From the NCBI GenBank assembly GCA_001782805.1, contig MFPT01000003.1, positions 44,072 through 108,071 on the forward strand: DNA of 64,000 nucleotides, given 5' to 3'. Position 1 is the stretch's first letter, and every line of letters begins with the position of its first letter. Shown here one piece after another: positions 61,604 through 64,000 of the stretch. This stretch comes from Candidatus Magasanikbacteria bacterium RIFCSPHIGHO2_01_FULL_41_23. GTDB taxonomy: Bacteria > Patescibacteriota > Patescibacteriia > Magasanikbacterales > UBA922. A program made the translations under genes and the position numbers. Under the pieces are notes generated by a model. That model had not been told where the DNA came from and made no database searches. It saw only the letters and a list, made by a program, of their open reading frames with translations.

Positions 61604-62302
61604 ATGAAGTTTATTCTTGGAAAAAAAATTGGGATGACACAGGTTTTTTTGGACAATGGTATTGTTGTTCCTGTAACGCGCGTTCAAGCCGGTCCTTGTG
61701 TTGTAACTCAAATAAAAACCAAAGATCATGATGGTGTTGATGCTGTTCAAATTGGTTTTGATAAACAAAAATTATTTCGTTTACATAAATCGGAAAAAGG
61801 ACATTTGGCTGGAATCAATTGGGAGCCGGGTATTTCTGTTCGTTTTTTGCGTGAAGTTCCGCAAACAAGTTCAACACTCAAACGAGGTGATGTGTTTACG
61901 GTTGGTATATTTTCTACCGGTGAAAAAGTGGCGGTAATTGGTACTTCAAAAGGTAGAGGTTTCCAAGGCGTAGTTAAGCGTCATGGTTTTGCCGGTGGTC
62001 CGGCCAGTCATGGACACAAAGATAATTTGCGTATGCCCGGAAGTATTGGCGCGGGTGGTGTGCAACGCGTATTTAAAGATATGCGTATGGGCGGACATAT
62101 GGGTGACGCGCAAATAACCGTTAAAAATTTAGAAATAGTTATGGTTAAACCAGAAGCCAATGAATTGTGGATTAAGGGCGCGATTCCCGGAGCTCGTAAT
62201 GGTTTAGTTTTTGTTTCCACTGACAGTGGCTCGATTGAAATTGAACAACCACTAACAGAAAAAAGCGAAGCGAAAGCGATCGAAGAAATAACTAATGTTT
62301 AA
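61604..62302 (+). CDS. rplC: 50S ribosomal protein L3
   Basis: GKKIGMTQ, SKGRGFQG..KRH, PGSIG. Confidence 0.98.
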   Translation: MKFILGKKIGMTQVFLDNGIVVPVTRVQAGPCVVTQIKTKDHDGVDAVQIGFDKQKLFRLHKSEKGHLAGINWEPGISVRFLREVPQTSSTLKRGDVFTVGIFSTGEKVAVIGTSKGRGFQGVVKRHGFAGGPASHGHKDNLRMPGSIGAGGVQRVFKDMRMGGHMGDAQITVKNLEIVMVKPEANELWIKGAIPGARNGLVFVSTDSGSIEIEQPLTEKSEAKAIEEITNV

Positions 62303-62311
62303 TCGGGGAAT

Positions 62312-62938
62312 ATGGCAAATGTAAAATTATTTTCCACAACAGGAAGCGAAAAAGGAATGGTTGATTTAGCTCCAGCCGTATTTGATGTGGCGCCCAAAAT
62401 AGCGGTTGTTCATCAAGTGTATTTGGCTCATTTGGCCAATGCTCGAGAATCATGGGCTGATACCAAAGATCGCAGTCAAGTAAGTGGTGGTGGCAAAAAA
62501 CCGTGGAAACAAAAGGGAACTGGACGGGCTCGCCATGGTTCGATTCGTTCGCCAATTTGGAAGGGCGGTGGCGTAACATTCGGTCCGTTGTCTGCTCGTA
62601 ATTATACCCAAAAAATTAATAAGAAAACCAATACTTTGGCGGTGCGTATGTGTTTGTCCGATAAATGCGCCGAAGGCAAATTGGCAGTGGTTGATGTTTT
62701 TCCGGAAACAGGCAAAACAAAAAATATGAATCTTTTGCGCGCTCATTTGCCCGGCAAGAGTCGTTCGCTTTTGATAGTTACTGATGGCAAAAATGAACCG
62801 GTTCTGCGTGCGGCCGCAAATATGAAAAAGTTAGCGGTCATTCGCGCTAGTGATGTCAGTGTCGTTGATTTACTTAACCATCAGTTTGTAGTTGCCAGTG
62901 AAGCCGCGATTCGCGCTTTGGAAAAACGTTTAAAATAA
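62312..62938 (+). CDS. rplD: 50S ribosomal protein L4
   Basis: GGGKKPWKQKGTGRAR.GS.RSP. Confidence 0.98.
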   Translation: MANVKLFSTTGSEKGMVDLAPAVFDVAPKIAVVHQVYLAHLANARESWADTKDRSQVSGGGKKPWKQKGTGRARHGSIRSPIWKGGGVTFGPLSARNYTQKINKKTNTLAVRMCLSDKCAEGKLAVVDVFPETGKTKNMNLLRAHLPGKSRSLLIVTDGKNEPVLRAAANMKKLAVIRASDVSVVDLLNHQFVVASEAAIRALEKRLK

Positions 62939-62942
62939 TTGT

Positions 62943-63224
62943 ATGCCGATTTCTGTTTTGGTTCATCCTATTGTGAGTGAAAAAAGCACCAGAGCTGAAG
63001 CTGGCGGTGTGTATACTTTTGCCGTCACGATGCGCGCCACCAAAACGCAAATCTGCCAAGCAGTGGAAGTGGCTTATAAAGTGCGTCCAATTCAAATTCG
63101 TACTAGTGTTGTAGAAGGTAAAGCAACTCGATCGGCTCGGGGTATTGGCCGCAGAGTAAGTTGGAAAAAAGCCATTATCACTTTGCCCAAAGGCAAGACG
63201 ATTTCTATTCATAGCGGCGTATAA
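62943..63224 (+). CDS. rplW: 50S ribosomal protein L23
   Basis: P.VSEKS, YTF.V...ATK, WKKAIITL. Confidence 0.96.
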   Translation: MPISVLVHPIVSEKSTRAEAGGVYTFAVTMRATKTQICQAVEVAYKVRPIQIRTSVVEGKATRSARGIGRRVSWKKAIITLPKGKTISIHSGV

Positions 63225-63242
63225 TGAGATTATTTTACGAAT

Positions 63243-64000
63243 ATGTCAGTTAAATTATACAAACCAACCACTAATGGACGCCGCCAAGCCAGTGCTTCGG
63301 ATTTTTCTGATTTGACTGTTACCAAACCATTCAAGCCATTGGTTCGAATTTTGAAAAAGCATAGCGGACGTAATAATCAAGGTATTATTACTATTCGTCA
63401 TCGCGGGGGTGGAGTCAAACGTTTGTACCGGATGATTGATTTCAAACAAACAAATTTTGATGTTTTTGGTACAGTTGCCACGATTGAATATGATCCCAAT
63501 CGCGGTGCTCGTGTTGCTTTAATTGATTACGAGAATGACGTAAAAAGTTATATTATTGTTCCGCAAGGTTTGAAGGTTGGAGACAAAATTTTATCATCAC
63601 AAAAAGCCATTGAACCAAATAATGGTTCACGAATGCCATTGGAATTTATCCCGACCGGTTTATTTGTATTCAATATTGAATTAACTCCTGGCAAAGGAGG
63701 ACAATTGGTGCGTGGCGCCGGTGTGGGCGCTCAATTGCAAACTATTGAAGGCCGTTATGCTCAGATTAAAATGCCATCGGGCGAAGTTCGTTTAATTCTC
63801 AAAGAATGTTTGGCGACAGTGGGTCAAGTGGGAAATTCCGATCACAAATTGATACGCTTGGGTAAAGCGGGAAGAATGCGTCTCAAGGGTTGGCGTCCGG
63901 TTGTCCGTGGTAAAGTTATGAATCCGGTTGATCATCCACATGGTGGTGGTGAAGGACGTAATCCGATTGGTTTGAAAGGCGGTCCCAAAACTAAATGGGG
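63243..64000 (+). CDS. rplB: 50S ribosomal protein L2 (runs off the window)
   Basis: MSVKLYKPTT.GRR, GRNNQG.IT.RHRGGG, EYDPNR, MNPVDHPHGGGEG. Confidence 0.98.
   Translation, partial: MSVKLYKPTTNGRRQASASDFSDLTVTKPFKPLVRILKKHSGRNNQGIITIRHRGGGVKRLYRMIDFKQTNFDVFGTVATIEYDPNRGARVALIDYENDVKSYIIVPQGLKVGDKILSSQKAIEPNNGSRMPLEFIPTGLFVFNIELTPGKGGQLVRGAGVGAQLQTIEGRYAQIKMPSGEVRLILKECLATVGQVGNSDHKLIRLGKAGRMRLKGWRPVVRGKVMNPVDHPHGGGEGRNPIGLKGGPKTKW

Overview
AT-rich bacterial chromosome segment whose gene content, SD-less start codons and intron-containing 16S point to a Patescibacteria (CPR) genome; Ca. Magasanikbacteria-like is a guess. Core content: a lower-glycolysis cluster (gap, pgk, eno, two gpmI), valS/tyrS/argS, glycosyltransferases, tgt, uvrD/pcrA, ndk, rpmB, a split str operon, trmD, an unlinked 16S rRNA, tuf and the start of the S10 operon, plus RNase P RNA, four tRNA genes and AbiE and HicAB toxin-antitoxin pairs. 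Most notable: (1) a ~24-nt covarying hairpin element that nests inside itself and sits in frame in pgk, valS (twice), uvrD and trmD, and four times in RNase P RNA; (2) an intact tRNA with a Cys anticodon but alanine identity elements (G3:U70, A73); (3) an exosortase/archaeosortase next to a VPEF-tailed surface protein and a LamG subtilase; (4) four GC-rich, SD-led orphan genes; (5) an RT-less group II-like 16S intron with a LAGLIDADG ORF and a loop complementary to the ligated exons; (6) a G10 tract in a promoter spacer, a tRNA-Ile(UAU) and a 6S-like RNA. All calls were made by eye, with no database searches.
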